Assembly: GCA_963752475.1 (NCBI GenBank)
Contig: CAVVYR010000007.1
Location: 64,001 to 128,000 of the forward strand
DNA: 64,000 bases
Reading direction: 5' to 3'
DNA from: an uncultured Chloroflexia bacterium
GTDB lineage: Bacteria > Chloroflexota > Limnocylindria > Limnocylindrales > CSP1-4
This document shows, piece by piece, positions 50,216 to 64,000 of the stretch. Both the position numbers and the translations under genes were made by a program. How positions within the stretch are numbered: the stretch's first letter is position 1; the number at the start of each line of letters is the position of its first letter. Below the pieces are notes generated by a model. The model did not search any database, had not been told where the DNA came from, and saw only the letters and a list, made by a program, of their open reading frames with translations.

Positions 50216-50260
50216 CCACGCTGGGCCTAGCTCGGAAGACCCAGGCGTCTTCCGCGGCGG

Positions 50261-52090
50261 TCAGGTCTCATCCTCGTCCCCCTGATCCTCTTCGACGTGC
50301 AGGTCCTCATCGACCGCGACCGCTGGCGCCTGCTCGGCGGGGCTCGGCTCGGCAGACGCAGCCTCGGCCATCGGCGCCTCCGGCGCAGGCAGCGCCCCAG
50401 GGCCCTCGATCCCATCGTCACGGGTGAAGTAAGCGGTAGTGGAGGGGAAGGCCATGCCCGTGCCCGCAGCCTCGACCGTGCGCATGACCATGGCCAGCAG
50501 CTCGGCCTGGACAGCCATGAACTCGTGGACGCTGGTCGTCTGGACGTAGGCGCGGGCCTCGATGTCGATCGACGAAGCGCCAAAGCCGGCCAGCAGCACG
50601 CGCGGCATGTTCTCGTCCTCTTCGACCTTGGGGTGCTCCCGCAACCCCTCGCGGATCTGGCTCACCAGCCATTCGATCTGTTCGAGCGTCGTCTCGTAGC
50701 GGACGCCGATGGTGTGCAGGAAGAGCGCGTTGTCACGCTTGGTCGAGTTGGCGATGCGGGCCTGGACGATGTCGCTGTTGGGCACCGTCAGCTGCGTGCC
50801 GTCGAGCTTGCGGATGCGCGTCGAGCGGGGGCCGATGTCCTCGACCGTGCCGTCGTCCTCGCCGAAGCGCACGTAGTCGCCGACGATGAAGGGCTTGTCC
50901 GCGAAGAGGGTCATGCCGCCGATGAGGTTCTCCAGCGTGGGCTGGGCGGCCAGGCCGACGACGAGGCCGAAGACGCTGGCGCCAGCCAGTAGACCCAGGG
51001 CCGGGATGCCGATCTGATTGGCCCCGACGAGGATGATGAGCCCGACACCCACGACGTTGATGACCCGCGCCACCAGCCGCAACAGGTGCGGGTCATACCG
51101 CTTGTCCGGGATGCGGGGCGTGGCGATAGCCCACTCCGTGACCATGTTGACCAGCTCGTAGTAGAGCCACGCGACCGCGAGCCAGAAGGCGATGGTCGTG
51201 CCGACCACCACGGCCTCCGCCAGCTCACCGCTCGGGTTCACCTGCGATTCCATGTACAACTGGTAGATGAGCAGCAGGCCGAACAGGACCAGCGGTGTCG
51301 AGGCCCCGAAGACGTGATGGCGGGCTGTGCCCTTTTCGCCCCGCCGTCCGATGAAGCGTTGCCAGATGAAGACGAGCAAGCCGATCAGCAGCCCGCCCAG
51401 CACCGCCGCGAGCGACTTCCACAGCGGGCTGCCGAAGACCCGTTCCTTGGCCAGGTCGGGCAGCGCGTCTATGAGCGCGGAGGGGACCAGGGGTCCGGTC
51501 GAGACGTCGCTGTTCCGGCGCCAGTCCCTGATGGCTCGGTCCTCGACGAGCACGGGCAGACCCTCGACCTCGTCCCGCCAGCCGGCGAGGTTGGCCACGG
51601 TCCTGGGCGTGAAGACCCAGTTGCCCGCGCGATCGCCCTCCTCGAGCGGTCGGAGCGTGATCTCCGTGCCTGGCAGCGTCCACTGCGTCAGCTCGTCGCT
51701 CGCGACCATGTCGGCGTCGGGCATCGACCCGGGCTCCGGCAAGGGGACCCGCAGCAGGATGTCCGCCAGGGATACGAAGCTCTCCTCCACGGCCTCGCTC
51801 TGCGACGCGGCCGGTACCTCGGAGAGGTCGAACAGCTCGCGCGTGCGCTCGACCTCATCGAAGTAGGCCTGCTGGGCGTCGAGCGAACGATCGGACCGAT
51901 AGGCCAGGGCGGCCTCCTCGGTGACGCCGGCTTGCTCGACGAAGGACGTGATGGTCGCCTGGGGGCTGGAGGTGTCGAGCGGTTCGAGCGGGTTCTCGCG
52001 CTCGTCCTGGGCGGTGGCCACCTGGGCGGAAAGCGCGACGACCGCCAGTGCTGCGGTCAGGGCCAGCATCAGCTGTCTGGACACGATCAT
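50261..52090 (-). CDS. MscS mechanosensitive channel with extracytoplasmic N-domain
   Basis: DTSSPQATITSF, GLAAQPTLENLIGG, DKPFIVGD, EDIGPRSTRIR, AFPSTT. Confidence 0.93.
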   Translation of the reverse strand: MIVSRQLMLALTAALAVVALSAQVATAQDERENPLEPLDTSSPQATITSFVEQAGVTEEAALAYRSDRSLDAQQAYFDEVERTRELFDLSEVPAASQSEAVEESFVSLADILLRVPLPEPGSMPDADMVASDELTQWTLPGTEITLRPLEEGDRAGNWVFTPRTVANLAGWRDEVEGLPVLVEDRAIRDWRRNSDVSTGPLVPSALIDALPDLAKERVFGSPLWKSLAAVLGGLLIGLLVFIWQRFIGRRGEKGTARHHVFGASTPLVLFGLLLIYQLYMESQVNPSGELAEAVVVGTTIAFWLAVAWLYYELVNMVTEWAIATPRIPDKRYDPHLLRLVARVINVVGVGLIILVGANQIGIPALGLLAGASVFGLVVGLAAQPTLENLIGGMTLFADKPFIVGDYVRFGEDDGTVEDIGPRSTRIRKLDGTQLTVPNSDIVQARIANSTKRDNALFLHTIGVRYETTLEQIEWLVSQIREGLREHPKVEEDENMPRVLLAGFGASSIDIEARAYVQTTSVHEFMAVQAELLAMVMRTVEAAGTGMAFPSTTAYFTRDDGIEGPGALPAPEAPMAEAASAEPSPAEQAPAVAVDEDLHVEEDQGDEDET

Positions 52091-52264
52091 CTCCTTGGGT
52101 GCATGGTCGGCACGGCGCGGACCGCGGAACTCTCGGGAAGGGGGGCGCGGTCGTGACCTGGGGTCACGGTGGCTCCACGGCTGAAGCTTCGCGCCGGCGG
52201 CGGTATTCTAGACTTTGGTGGAGGTGAATGCCGGCAGCCCTCTCAGGCCGACCGGCGCCAGCAA

Positions 52265-52352
52265 GGAGAGGTCGCATAGAGGCCTAGTGCGCGGCACTGG
52301 AAATGCCGTATGGGGAAACCCATCGCGGGTTCGAATCCCGCCCTCTCCGCCA
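52265..52352 (+). tRNA. tRNA-Ser(GGA)
   Basis: GGAGAGG/CCTCTCC, CGGCA-CT GGA AA-TGCCG, long variable arm, CCA. Confidence 0.96.
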
Positions 52353-52400
52353 CCCACCCCCCTTTTCCCGGTGTTTGGCGCTGTCCGCTACCATTCCTTG

Positions 52401-52669
52401 GCCGTGCTAGGCGGGGAACTAGCGGTGCCCTGTACCTGCAATCCGCTCCAGCAGGGCTGAATCCCCTCCCGAGGTCCGCCGTTCGCGGAAGCCGACGGGG
52501 CGAAAGGTGTTGAGGATCGGGTCCCGCGCAGCGGCGACGCGTGAATCACGTCAGGTCCGGAAGGAAGCAGCGTTAAGCGATGCTCACCGGGTGCCGCGGA
52601 CCGGCCTGGTCCGAGCCGATCGCTCCGGTAGGGCCCGCGAGTGGTCGAGGTCGACGGAGGGTGCACGGC
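52401..52669 (+). ncRNA. ffs: Large (Alu-domain) signal recognition particle RNA
   Basis: GCCGTGCTAGGCGGGGAACTAGCGGTGCCCTGTACCTGCAATCCGC 5' Alu part, helix 8 TCAGGTCCGGAAGGAAGCAGC, closing GCACGGC; -10 TACCAT. Confidence 0.95.
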
Positions 52670-52746
52670 AAACCAGCTCCTTGGTGTGTCAGTCTGTCCG
52701 CGGGCCACACCTGAGTCCCGGCGGAGGGACCGGCGCACGGAGACCG

Positions 52747-54456
52747 ATGACAGACAGCGCGACCACCATCAGCGAAACGGCCGACTCGGCCGGGCAGGCG
52801 CTCTACCGGCGCTTCCGCGCGCAGACGTTCTCCCAGATCGTGGGTCAGGACGCGGTGGTCCAGACGCTGCGCAACGCCGTCCGCCTCGATCGCCTGGGCC
52901 ACGGCTTCCTCTTCGTCGGTCCGCGGGGTACGGGCAAGACCTCGATGGCCCGCATCATGGCCAAGGCCGTCAACTGCACCGACCTGCAGGACGGGGAGCC
53001 CTGTGATGCCTGTCCCAGCTGCGTCGCGATCCGCGAGGGTCGCGCCCTCGACGTGGTCGAGCTCGACGCGGCCTCCAACAACAAGGTCGACGATATGCGT
53101 GAGCTCGTGCCGCGCGTCTACACCGGCGCGGCTGACCTCTCGCGCAAGGTCTTCATCATCGATGAGGTCCAGCGCATCAAGGAGGGCTGGGACGTCCTGC
53201 TCAAGACCCTCGAGGAGCCACCTCCGGGCGTGCTCTTCATCTTCTGCACGACGGACCCATCCCAGATCCGGCCGGCCGTCGTCTCTCGCCTGCAGCGCTT
53301 CACTTTCCGGCCCCTGGCCGTGCCCGAGATCGAGGGCAAGCTGCAGCGCATCCTCCAGGCAGAGGGTCGCAACGTGGAGCCCGAGGCCGTGGCCCTTGTG
53401 GCCCGGCTGGCCGACGGCGGAATGCGTGACGCGGAGTCGATGCTCGACCAGGTCCTGGTCAGCGCGGATGACCCCATCACGGCAGCCTCCATCCAGGATC
53501 TGCTGGGCCTGGCCGACACGGAGCTGGTCGACCACTTCATCACCGCGCTGGTCGAGGGTGACGTGCTTGCCGGCGTCGCGGTCCTCGACGAGCTCGAGAC
53601 CGAAGGCCGCGATCTGATCGCCTTCTCCGAGCAGCTCGTGACCCAGCTGCGAACCGACCTCGTGGACCGACTCTCGCAGCGTTCCGCGGCCGATCGAGCC
53701 GCGGCCCGTCCCCTCGCTCTGGCCGCGCGCCGCCTCACCGGCATCGACGCCAGTCGCTCCGGACTCGGCGGCTACCGCTGGCAGCTCGAGCTGTGTCTGC
53801 TCGCTGCTGCGGACGAGGGAGAGCGCCGATCCACACCCGCACCGGCCGCCGCGGCAGCGGCATCGAGCCCATCACCAGCGCCCACGTCGGCACCTCCGCC
53901 CGTCGCCCAGCCGTCGCCCGCGGCGCCACCTTCGCCCGCGGTGAAGTCCTCCACGACTCCGGCACCCCCACCCGCGGCGGACTTGCCACCGCCGCCAGCC
54001 CCGACCGAAGCCACGACCGAGTCCGAGCCCGCTCCAGCCGAGGCCACGACACCCGAGCCTGAGCCGCCCGCGGCAGCGGGGATCCAGACGGCGCCCGCGG
54101 GCGAGTCGGATGAGCTCACGACCATCCGCGCGTCGTGGCCGCGGATCGTCTCGGCCATCGGGGCCAACCCGGCCAACCGTCCGCTGGTCACGAACTGCCG
54201 GCCGGTCGAGCTGGCTGACGGGGCTTTGGTGCTGGGGTTCCCGGAGGACCAGGCATTCATGCGCGATATCGCGGACCGCAAGCGTCGCGTCCTCGAGGAC
54301 GGCATCGCTGCCGTCATCGGCCGCCACGTGGCGGTACGCTGCGTGGTAGCGAACCTCGAGCTCGTGGAGCCGGTGCACTCGGGAGAGGGTGACCTCGTCT
54401 CGAAGGCCAAGGAGATCTTCGATGGCGAGCTTGCCGGGATCGAGGACATCGACTAG
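52747..54456 (+). CDS. dnaX: DNA polymerase III subunit gamma/tau
   Basis: ALYRRFRAQTF, GPRGTGKT, ELDAASN, LLKTLEEPP, Pro/Ala linker. Confidence 0.95.
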   Translation: MTDSATTISETADSAGQALYRRFRAQTFSQIVGQDAVVQTLRNAVRLDRLGHGFLFVGPRGTGKTSMARIMAKAVNCTDLQDGEPCDACPSCVAIREGRALDVVELDAASNNKVDDMRELVPRVYTGAADLSRKVFIIDEVQRIKEGWDVLLKTLEEPPPGVLFIFCTTDPSQIRPAVVSRLQRFTFRPLAVPEIEGKLQRILQAEGRNVEPEAVALVARLADGGMRDAESMLDQVLVSADDPITAASIQDLLGLADTELVDHFITALVEGDVLAGVAVLDELETEGRDLIAFSEQLVTQLRTDLVDRLSQRSAADRAAARPLALAARRLTGIDASRSGLGGYRWQLELCLLAAADEGERRSTPAPAAAAAASSPSPAPTSAPPPVAQPSPAAPPSPAVKSSTTPAPPPAADLPPPPAPTEATTESEPAPAEATTPEPEPPAAAGIQTAPAGESDELTTIRASWPRIVSAIGANPANRPLVTNCRPVELADGALVLGFPEDQAFMRDIADRKRRVLEDGIAAVIGRHVAVRCVVANLELVEPVHSGEGDLVSKAKEIFDGELAGIEDID

Positions 54457-54480
54457 GACGAACAGTGAAGGAGAACGAGC

Positions 54481-54804
54481 GTGGGCATGGGCAACCTGGC
54501 CAAGATGGCCCAGCAGATGCAGGCGGACATGGCGCGAGCCCAGCAGGAGCTGGAGGAACTGCGCGTGGACGGCAGCGCCGGTGGTGGCGTGGTCAAGGCC
54601 GTCGTCACGGGCAAGGCCGACATCGTCTCGGTGACCATCGACCCGGAGGTCGTGGATCCCGACGACCTCGATGACCTGCAGGACCTCGTCGTGGCGGCCG
54701 TGACCGATGCACAAAACAACGCCAAGGCGGCAGCCGACGAGAAGATGAACAAGATCGCCGGCGGGATGGGCCTGCCGGGCGGCCTCGGCCTGCCGGGGAT
54801 GTAG
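54481..54804 (+). CDS. ybaB: YbaB/EbfC nucleoid-associated protein
   Basis: AQQMQ, GSAGGGVVKA, IDPEVVDPDD, LQDLVVAAV. Confidence 0.95.
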   Translation: MGMGNLAKMAQQMQADMARAQQELEELRVDGSAGGGVVKAVVTGKADIVSVTIDPEVVDPDDLDDLQDLVVAAVTDAQNNAKAAADEKMNKIAGGMGLPGGLGLPGM

Positions 54805-54819
54805 CCAGCAGGAGTCCCC

Positions 54820-55452
54820 TTGAGCCAGCTCATCGAGCCGGTCGCCCGGCTCATCGAATCCTTCTCGCGGCTGCCCGGTGTCGGCCCCAAGACAGCGCAG
54901 CGGTTGACGTACCACCTGCTGCGCGCACCCGACACCGAGGCTCGGGCCCTGGCGGCTGCGCTCGTGTCGGTGCGCGACGATGTCGTCTTCTGCGAGCGCT
55001 GCTTCGACATCAGCACCGGCCCGCTCTGTCCCATCTGTGCGGACCCCATGCGTGACGACACCCGTCTGTGCGTCGTGGAAGAGCCGCTCGACGTGCTCGC
55101 CCTCGAGCGCACGCGTGCCTTCAAGGGCCGCTACCACGTGCTCCATGGGGCCATCTCGCCGGTCGACGGCATCGGCCCTGAGCGGCTGCACATCCGTGAA
55201 CTCCTGGACCGCGTGGCAGAGAGGGACGGGGCAGGGGAGCCCTACGAGGAGGTGGTCATCGCCACCAACCCCACGCTCGAGGGTGAGGCCACGGCCATGT
55301 ACGTGGCCGAGCGTATCGAGCAGCAGGTCGGAGCCGTCTCGCGCATCGCCCGGGGCATCCCCGTCGGAGGAGATCTGGAGTATGCGGACGAGGTCACGCT
55401 CGTGCGCGCTCTCCAGGGCCGCCATCAGCTCGAGGGAACGTCCAGGCCATGA
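54820..55452 (+). CDS. recR: Recombination mediator RecR
   Basis: LPGVGPKTAQR, C4 zinc finger, YHVLHGAISP, ATNPTLEGEATA, GGDLEYAD. Confidence 0.97.
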   Translation: MSQLIEPVARLIESFSRLPGVGPKTAQRLTYHLLRAPDTEARALAAALVSVRDDVVFCERCFDISTGPLCPICADPMRDDTRLCVVEEPLDVLALERTRAFKGRYHVLHGAISPVDGIGPERLHIRELLDRVAERDGAGEPYEEVVIATNPTLEGEATAMYVAERIEQQVGAVSRIARGIPVGGDLEYADEVTLVRALQGRHQLEGTSRP

Positions 55453-55634
55453 TGTACCTCGTCAACGAGGCGCTCCTGCGCCTCATCAAGCCGGCCATCG
55501 CCCTGGTCCTGGGTCTGATCCTCTACTGGATCATCACCACCGTCCTCGGCGAGCCTGGGGGATGGGCACTAGGGCTGCTCTGCTGGATCAGCGCCGGCAC
55601 CTTCATCCACCTCATCGAGACCGGCATCATCTGA
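55449..55634 (+). CDS. Small two-TM membrane protein
   Basis: 61 aa, two hydrophobic helices, overlaps the recR stop (ATGA). Confidence 0.7.
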   Translation: MMYLVNEALLRLIKPAIALVLGLILYWIITTVLGEPGGWALGLLCWISAGTFIHLIETGII

Positions 55635-55685
55635 GGCTCCGGAACGGCCACTCTCACGCTTGGAACGGCTCGATTCGGGCACCGT

Positions 55686-55821
55686 TTGACGAGTTCTCAT
55701 CGACGCCCTATAGTTCTGTCTCCGCGCGGCGAGTACCCCTCGCCACAAGCGCGCCCCGGGTCCAGCCGGGTCCGGGTCGGTAAGCCCTGTGTTTGACAGC
55801 CCTAGGCGGGCGTGCCATCAT
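55686..55821 (+). promoter_or_regulatory. Tandem rrn promoters P1/P2
   Basis: TTGACG-17-TATAGT (55686-55714); TTGACA-17-CATCAT (55793-55821). Confidence 0.8.
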
Positions 55822-55953
55822 GGGCGGCCGTGCCGGGTGACAGCCAAGGCTGAACCGGCAAGCACCTTAACAAGTGAAGAGTGACAGACAAGTCTGTTTG
55901 TGTGAGTGGGACAAACCCCGAACCAAAAGAGACGTCCGCAAGGAGGTCTCTTC

Positions 55954-57458
<1,505 letters not shown>

Positions 57459-57697
57459 GGGAGAGGGAGCCGAGGCCATCGGTGAGGCCAGAGCGCTATA
57501 CACCCTCCCAGGTTGATCGTCTCGATCGCCACCATCGTTCCGCAGGGTGGACGATGGGATGCGGACTCGTCCGCGTCAGGTCGAAGACGACCTTGCACCA
57601 AGCACCGATACTGCTCATTCAGCAGACTTTCTGTCACTCTTCAAGTGTTAAGGTGCCGTTCCTCCGGCGGGGCTAGCCCGGCCGGCAGGGATGACCT

Positions 57698-57774
57698 GGG
57701 CGTTTAGCTCAGTTGGTTAGAGCACTGCCCTGATAAGGCAGAGGTCTCTGGTTCGAGTCCAGAAACGCCCACCA
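57698..57774 (+). tRNA. tRNA-Ile(GAT)
   Basis: GGGCGTT/AACGCCC, CTGCC-CT GAT AA-GGCAG, CCA. Confidence 0.97.
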
Positions 57775-57804
57775 TCTACGTTCGGTGATAGATCGGGCCT
57801 TGGA

Positions 57805-57880
57805 GGGGGCGTAGCTCAGTTGGAAGAGCATCTCCTTTGCAAGGAGAGGGTCAGGAGTTCGAGTCTCCTCGTCTCCACCA
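57805..57880 (+). tRNA. tRNA-Ala(TGC)
   Basis: GGGGGCG/CGTCTCC with G3:U70, anticodon TGC, CCA. Confidence 0.97.
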
Positions 57881-58274
57881 ACTCCCTGAACCGCCGAACA
57901 TGAACGAGGTACGCAGTCTGCTGACCGCACACCTGACAGAAGAACCGAATATCGGGTAGACCCCGGATGCTCTCGAAGAGCAAACCACGGCTGGACATGA
58001 CGACGGCTCGAGGTCTTCGAGCCGTCTTGTGGTGTCGCAGCCCCGGTGGACCCCTGATCCGTGGGCTCCAGGTCAAGCCTGGAGGTCACCGACCAGCGGA
58101 TCGCTGGAAACGCGAGTCTCGACTCGCAGCACCTTACAAAGTGAAGATGTGATTGATATCGGAAGATATCGAAGTAAGTCTTTTTTGAACTTCGATTTCT
58201 GCCGAGTTAAAACGACAAGGTGAATTTTCCCGGATCTCGTTCGGCAACTACCTTCGGGTGAGCTGCTGAGATGA

Positions 58275-61328
<3,054 letters not shown>

Positions 61329-61499
61329 TTTTCAGCAGCCCAACCAAGGGCAGCTGCCAACTAGGTCCGGAAGATTTCACCGTGTCAACGCGACGGAAGG
61401 TCGCGTCACGGCAGGGATCGAGTTCAACAGACTTACTGCGAGCGTCTGGCATTGCCGTGGCGTTCGGTCACATCTTCACGAGAAACATACGCACAAGAT

Positions 61500-61616
<117 letters not shown>

Positions 61617-61712
61617 TCTTTTGCGTTGTCCCGCTGGCTACCCTGAGCCGCCGTCCCGGCGGCTCTTCGTGTGTCCGGGGCTCTATGTGCGACGAGGCCG
61701 TATCATCGGGCC

Positions 61713-63011
61713 GTGCAACCAGAAGAGCAGCGGGCGCTGCCGGAGAGCCGTGACGGAGAGCCTCGCGACCCCCAGGGGGATGGTCGCGACGTGCCGCCCG
61801 AGTCTGCGACGCCCGTGGAGCCGGCCGGTCAGGGAACTGGTAGGTCGTCTGATGTGACGCCGCCGCGAATGCCTCGGCCGCCGCAGATGCCGTCGGGTGC
61901 GACGTCGCCCCCGTCAGGGTGGGGTGCGCCCCCTTCGCCAGCGCACGGTCCTCCGTCCGCGACCCCTCCGCCACCATCCGGCGGGATGCCAGCTGGGCAG
62001 CCGCCCATCGCCGCAGGCCCCGCCCCACGCTCATCAGTTCCGATCGAGCCGGAGCGGGCCGGTGAGTTGGTGCCGGAGCAGACACCGGGCGGGCCGCAGG
62101 CTCCCGAGGTGCTCGACGAGGCGCCGGTCGTACCCGCCTCGGTCGGCGAGTCCGACGCCCGCGAGGCGACACCTGCGGCCGAGGATGCCGCCAGCCTGCC
62201 GCCCGCTCCCGAGATGGGCGTTGCGCCCGTCGTTCAGGGTGATTGGCTCGCGAGCGTCTGTCCCTATCTCGCGTCCGACGATGGCACCTACCGCTCGGCC
62301 GCACCCGAGGAGGGGCACCGCTGCACGGCCCAGGATCCCGCGGCCACGTTGCCGCTAGCCTTCCAGGAGCGGTTCTGTCTGACCGATCGCCACCCGCGAT
62401 GCGAGATGTACAAGTTCGCCCAGGAGACCGATGCCTCTGGCGCGATCCCCGCGTCCCAGGTGCCGCCGACCGAGCCACCCACGCCCAGGACCCGTCGAGC
62501 CTCTGGCCATGGACCTGGCCGACCAGCGATCATGGCCGGTGCCGGCATCGGCGCCCTGGTCCTCGTCGTCGTGCTCGTCCTGTTGGTGAGCAGCTGCGGC
62601 GGTGACGGTGGCTCGACGGCGGACCCCGAAGCCAGCGTCGATCCCCAGGCGACCGAGGCGCCAGCGGAGGGCACACCCCGGCCGGAGCCCACCCCGGAGC
62701 CCACCCCGGAGCCCGAGCCCACGCCCGAGCCCGATGCGGACGCCACGCCGGACGAAGGCGCTGCGGGTGGGACGGATGCCGCTACTGCTGACGAGATCCG
62801 GATCCAGTATGAGATCCAGCCCGATGAAGCCTTGCGCAAGATCGCCGAGACGTTCGGCCTCAGCCGCAACCGGATCAGGCGTGAGAACCCGGGCCTTGAG
62901 GACATCACCCCGGCCGACATGCCCGGAACAGTCATCGAGTTGCCGATCACCGGAGACATGACCCTCGAGGAGGCCCAGGCGCTGCCGGGCTTCATCGGGA
63001 TCGCGCCGTAG
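61713..63011 (+). CDS. Membrane protein: Pro-rich N-term, Cys4/His motif, TM, PEPT repeats, LysM
   Basis: CPYL..HRC..FC..HPRC; TM GIGALVLVVVLVLLV; YEIQPDEALRKIAETFG..NPG..PGTVIELP LysM; GTG 6 nt after TATCAT. Confidence 0.8.
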   Translation: MQPEEQRALPESRDGEPRDPQGDGRDVPPESATPVEPAGQGTGRSSDVTPPRMPRPPQMPSGATSPPSGWGAPPSPAHGPPSATPPPPSGGMPAGQPPIAAGPAPRSSVPIEPERAGELVPEQTPGGPQAPEVLDEAPVVPASVGESDAREATPAAEDAASLPPAPEMGVAPVVQGDWLASVCPYLASDDGTYRSAAPEEGHRCTAQDPAATLPLAFQERFCLTDRHPRCEMYKFAQETDASGAIPASQVPPTEPPTPRTRRASGHGPGRPAIMAGAGIGALVLVVVLVLLVSSCGGDGGSTADPEASVDPQATEAPAEGTPRPEPTPEPTPEPEPTPEPDADATPDEGAAGGTDAATADEIRIQYEIQPDEALRKIAETFGLSRNRIRRENPGLEDITPADMPGTVIELPITGDMTLEEAQALPGFIGIAP

Positions 63012-63043
63012 ACTGGACGACGCCGGACTCACGCCTTCGCCGC

Positions 63044-63919
63044 TCAGGCCTGGCAGGAGCGACACCAACTGGTGGTAAATCCGCCTGGTGAGACCTCGCT
63101 GATGGTGGCCCCACAGCGCAGGCAAGGCTGACCTCCACGCAGATGCACGCGCAGGAAGTCGCGGGCCTGCTTCTCGAACGTCGGCGGCACCCGCACCCGT
63201 AGCTCGCCCACGGCCCACTCGCAGACCTCGCGCGCGGCGCGCCACAGCGCTTCCGACTCCTCCGGCGCCAACGACGAACGCCTGCGGAAGGGCGCCACGC
63301 GCGCAGCCCACAGGATCTCGTCGCTATAGGCGTTGCCGATGCCGGCCATGAACTCCTGGTTCTTCAGCAGGTTCTGGAGCTCGCCGTTGTGCCGCTTGAT
63401 ACGCGCCGCCCAGGTCTCGAAATCGAACGCGTCGTCGTCCGCGTCCGGCCCCAGCGTGTCCCAGCCGACGACCTCGCGCTCCACCCCCTCGGGCAGCAGG
63501 TAGACCTTGCCCATCTTCCTGGGGTCGCGGTAGCGCAACTCGACGGCCGCGTCGTCGGCGGGGATCCATTCAGCGCTCTTGGTCCAGGCGGCCGGTCGCA
63601 CTCCGGCAGGCATGCCGCTGCGCGCGCCCAGCGTCAACACCAGTGCGGTCGAGCTGAAGGCCTTGGCGCCCGGCCTGGCCAGCCCAAGGCGGCCGGTGAG
63701 CATGGCGTTGATGACGATGCGGTCGGCCCCGAAGTCGAGCGTGAGAAACTTGCCCCGTTGCTCCACGCTGCGGGCCTCGCGACCTTGGAAGCCGTGCAGC
63801 TCCGCCCCGGTCCCGCGCAGCACCAGTGGCTGTTTCACGGAGGTGGCCTCGAGCGTGCGCCCCGCGAGGGCGGCGGTGAAGGCATCGGCCAGGATGCGCA
63901 GGTCGGGAAGTTCGGGCAT
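63044..63919 (-). CDS. Fpg/Nei-family DNA glycosylase
   Basis: MPELPDL, RGKFL, YRDPRKMG, GIGNAYSDEILW, CLRC...WCRSCQ. Confidence 0.92.
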   Translation of the reverse strand: MPELPDLRILADAFTAALAGRTLEATSVKQPLVLRGTGAELHGFQGREARSVEQRGKFLTLDFGADRIVINAMLTGRLGLARPGAKAFSSTALVLTLGARSGMPAGVRPAAWTKSAEWIPADDAAVELRYRDPRKMGKVYLLPEGVEREVVGWDTLGPDADDDAFDFETWAARIKRHNGELQNLLKNQEFMAGIGNAYSDEILWAARVAPFRRRSSLAPEESEALWRAAREVCEWAVGELRVRVPPTFEKQARDFLRVHLRGGQPCLRCGATISEVSPGGFTTSWCRSCQA

Positions 63920-64000
63920 GGACCCCATTGTTGCCTGTGGGCGCGCGTGATAGCATGCGCGGGCCCTACCTATCGCGAATACGCAGCCCACGCAGGCCCG

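Noticed and set aside
50216-52352. mscS as an island integrated between two tRNA-Ser genes
   Set aside because: Both tRNAs are complete with different anticodons, so shared 3' ends are ordinary paralogy; no integrase
53800-54120. dnaX gamma/tau frameshift signal
   Set aside because: No A AAA AAG or poly-A tract seen; only a Pro/Ala-rich linker

Overview
GC-rich bacterial chromosomal window. The 16S/23S sequence, large Alu-type SRP RNA and gene content suggest Chloroflexota, probably Limnocylindria/Ellin6529 (inference, no search run). Left to right: a Phd-VapC TA pair; a SEC-C/TPR protein; a ~15 kb sugar/sugar-acid catabolic region (IclR, cupin isomerase, RbsA-type ABC, LacI with triple operator, KduD, Zn-dehydrogenase, signal-less SBP plus two CaiB CoA-transferases) ending in a chimeric ALDH/URO-D scar; glnS; a cDPGS-like GTPase; a second TA pair; a glucosylglycerate phosphorylase-like GH13; metal/Mo genes; a small secreted-peptide cassette duplicated around pirin; phnDCEE linked to a dGTPase-like enzyme and a deoxyribonucleotidase; pfk; and a Bacillus-like core block tadA, tRNA-Ser x2, ffs, dnaX, ybaB, recR, rrn (16S-Ile-Ala-23S-5S), then a LysM protein and Fpg/Nei. 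Most notable: the TadA at the syntenic locus has HAV instead of catalytic HAE (as in eukaryotic Tad3/ADAT3); the duplicated, internally deleted cassette flanking pirin; a Phn transporter wired to nucleotide hydrolases; one palindromic operator shared by both TA modules; and an H54a-like 23S insertion. Scattered single-base indels and one garbled stretch (22.6-24.5 kb) point to long-read consensus error, so frameshifts need caution.
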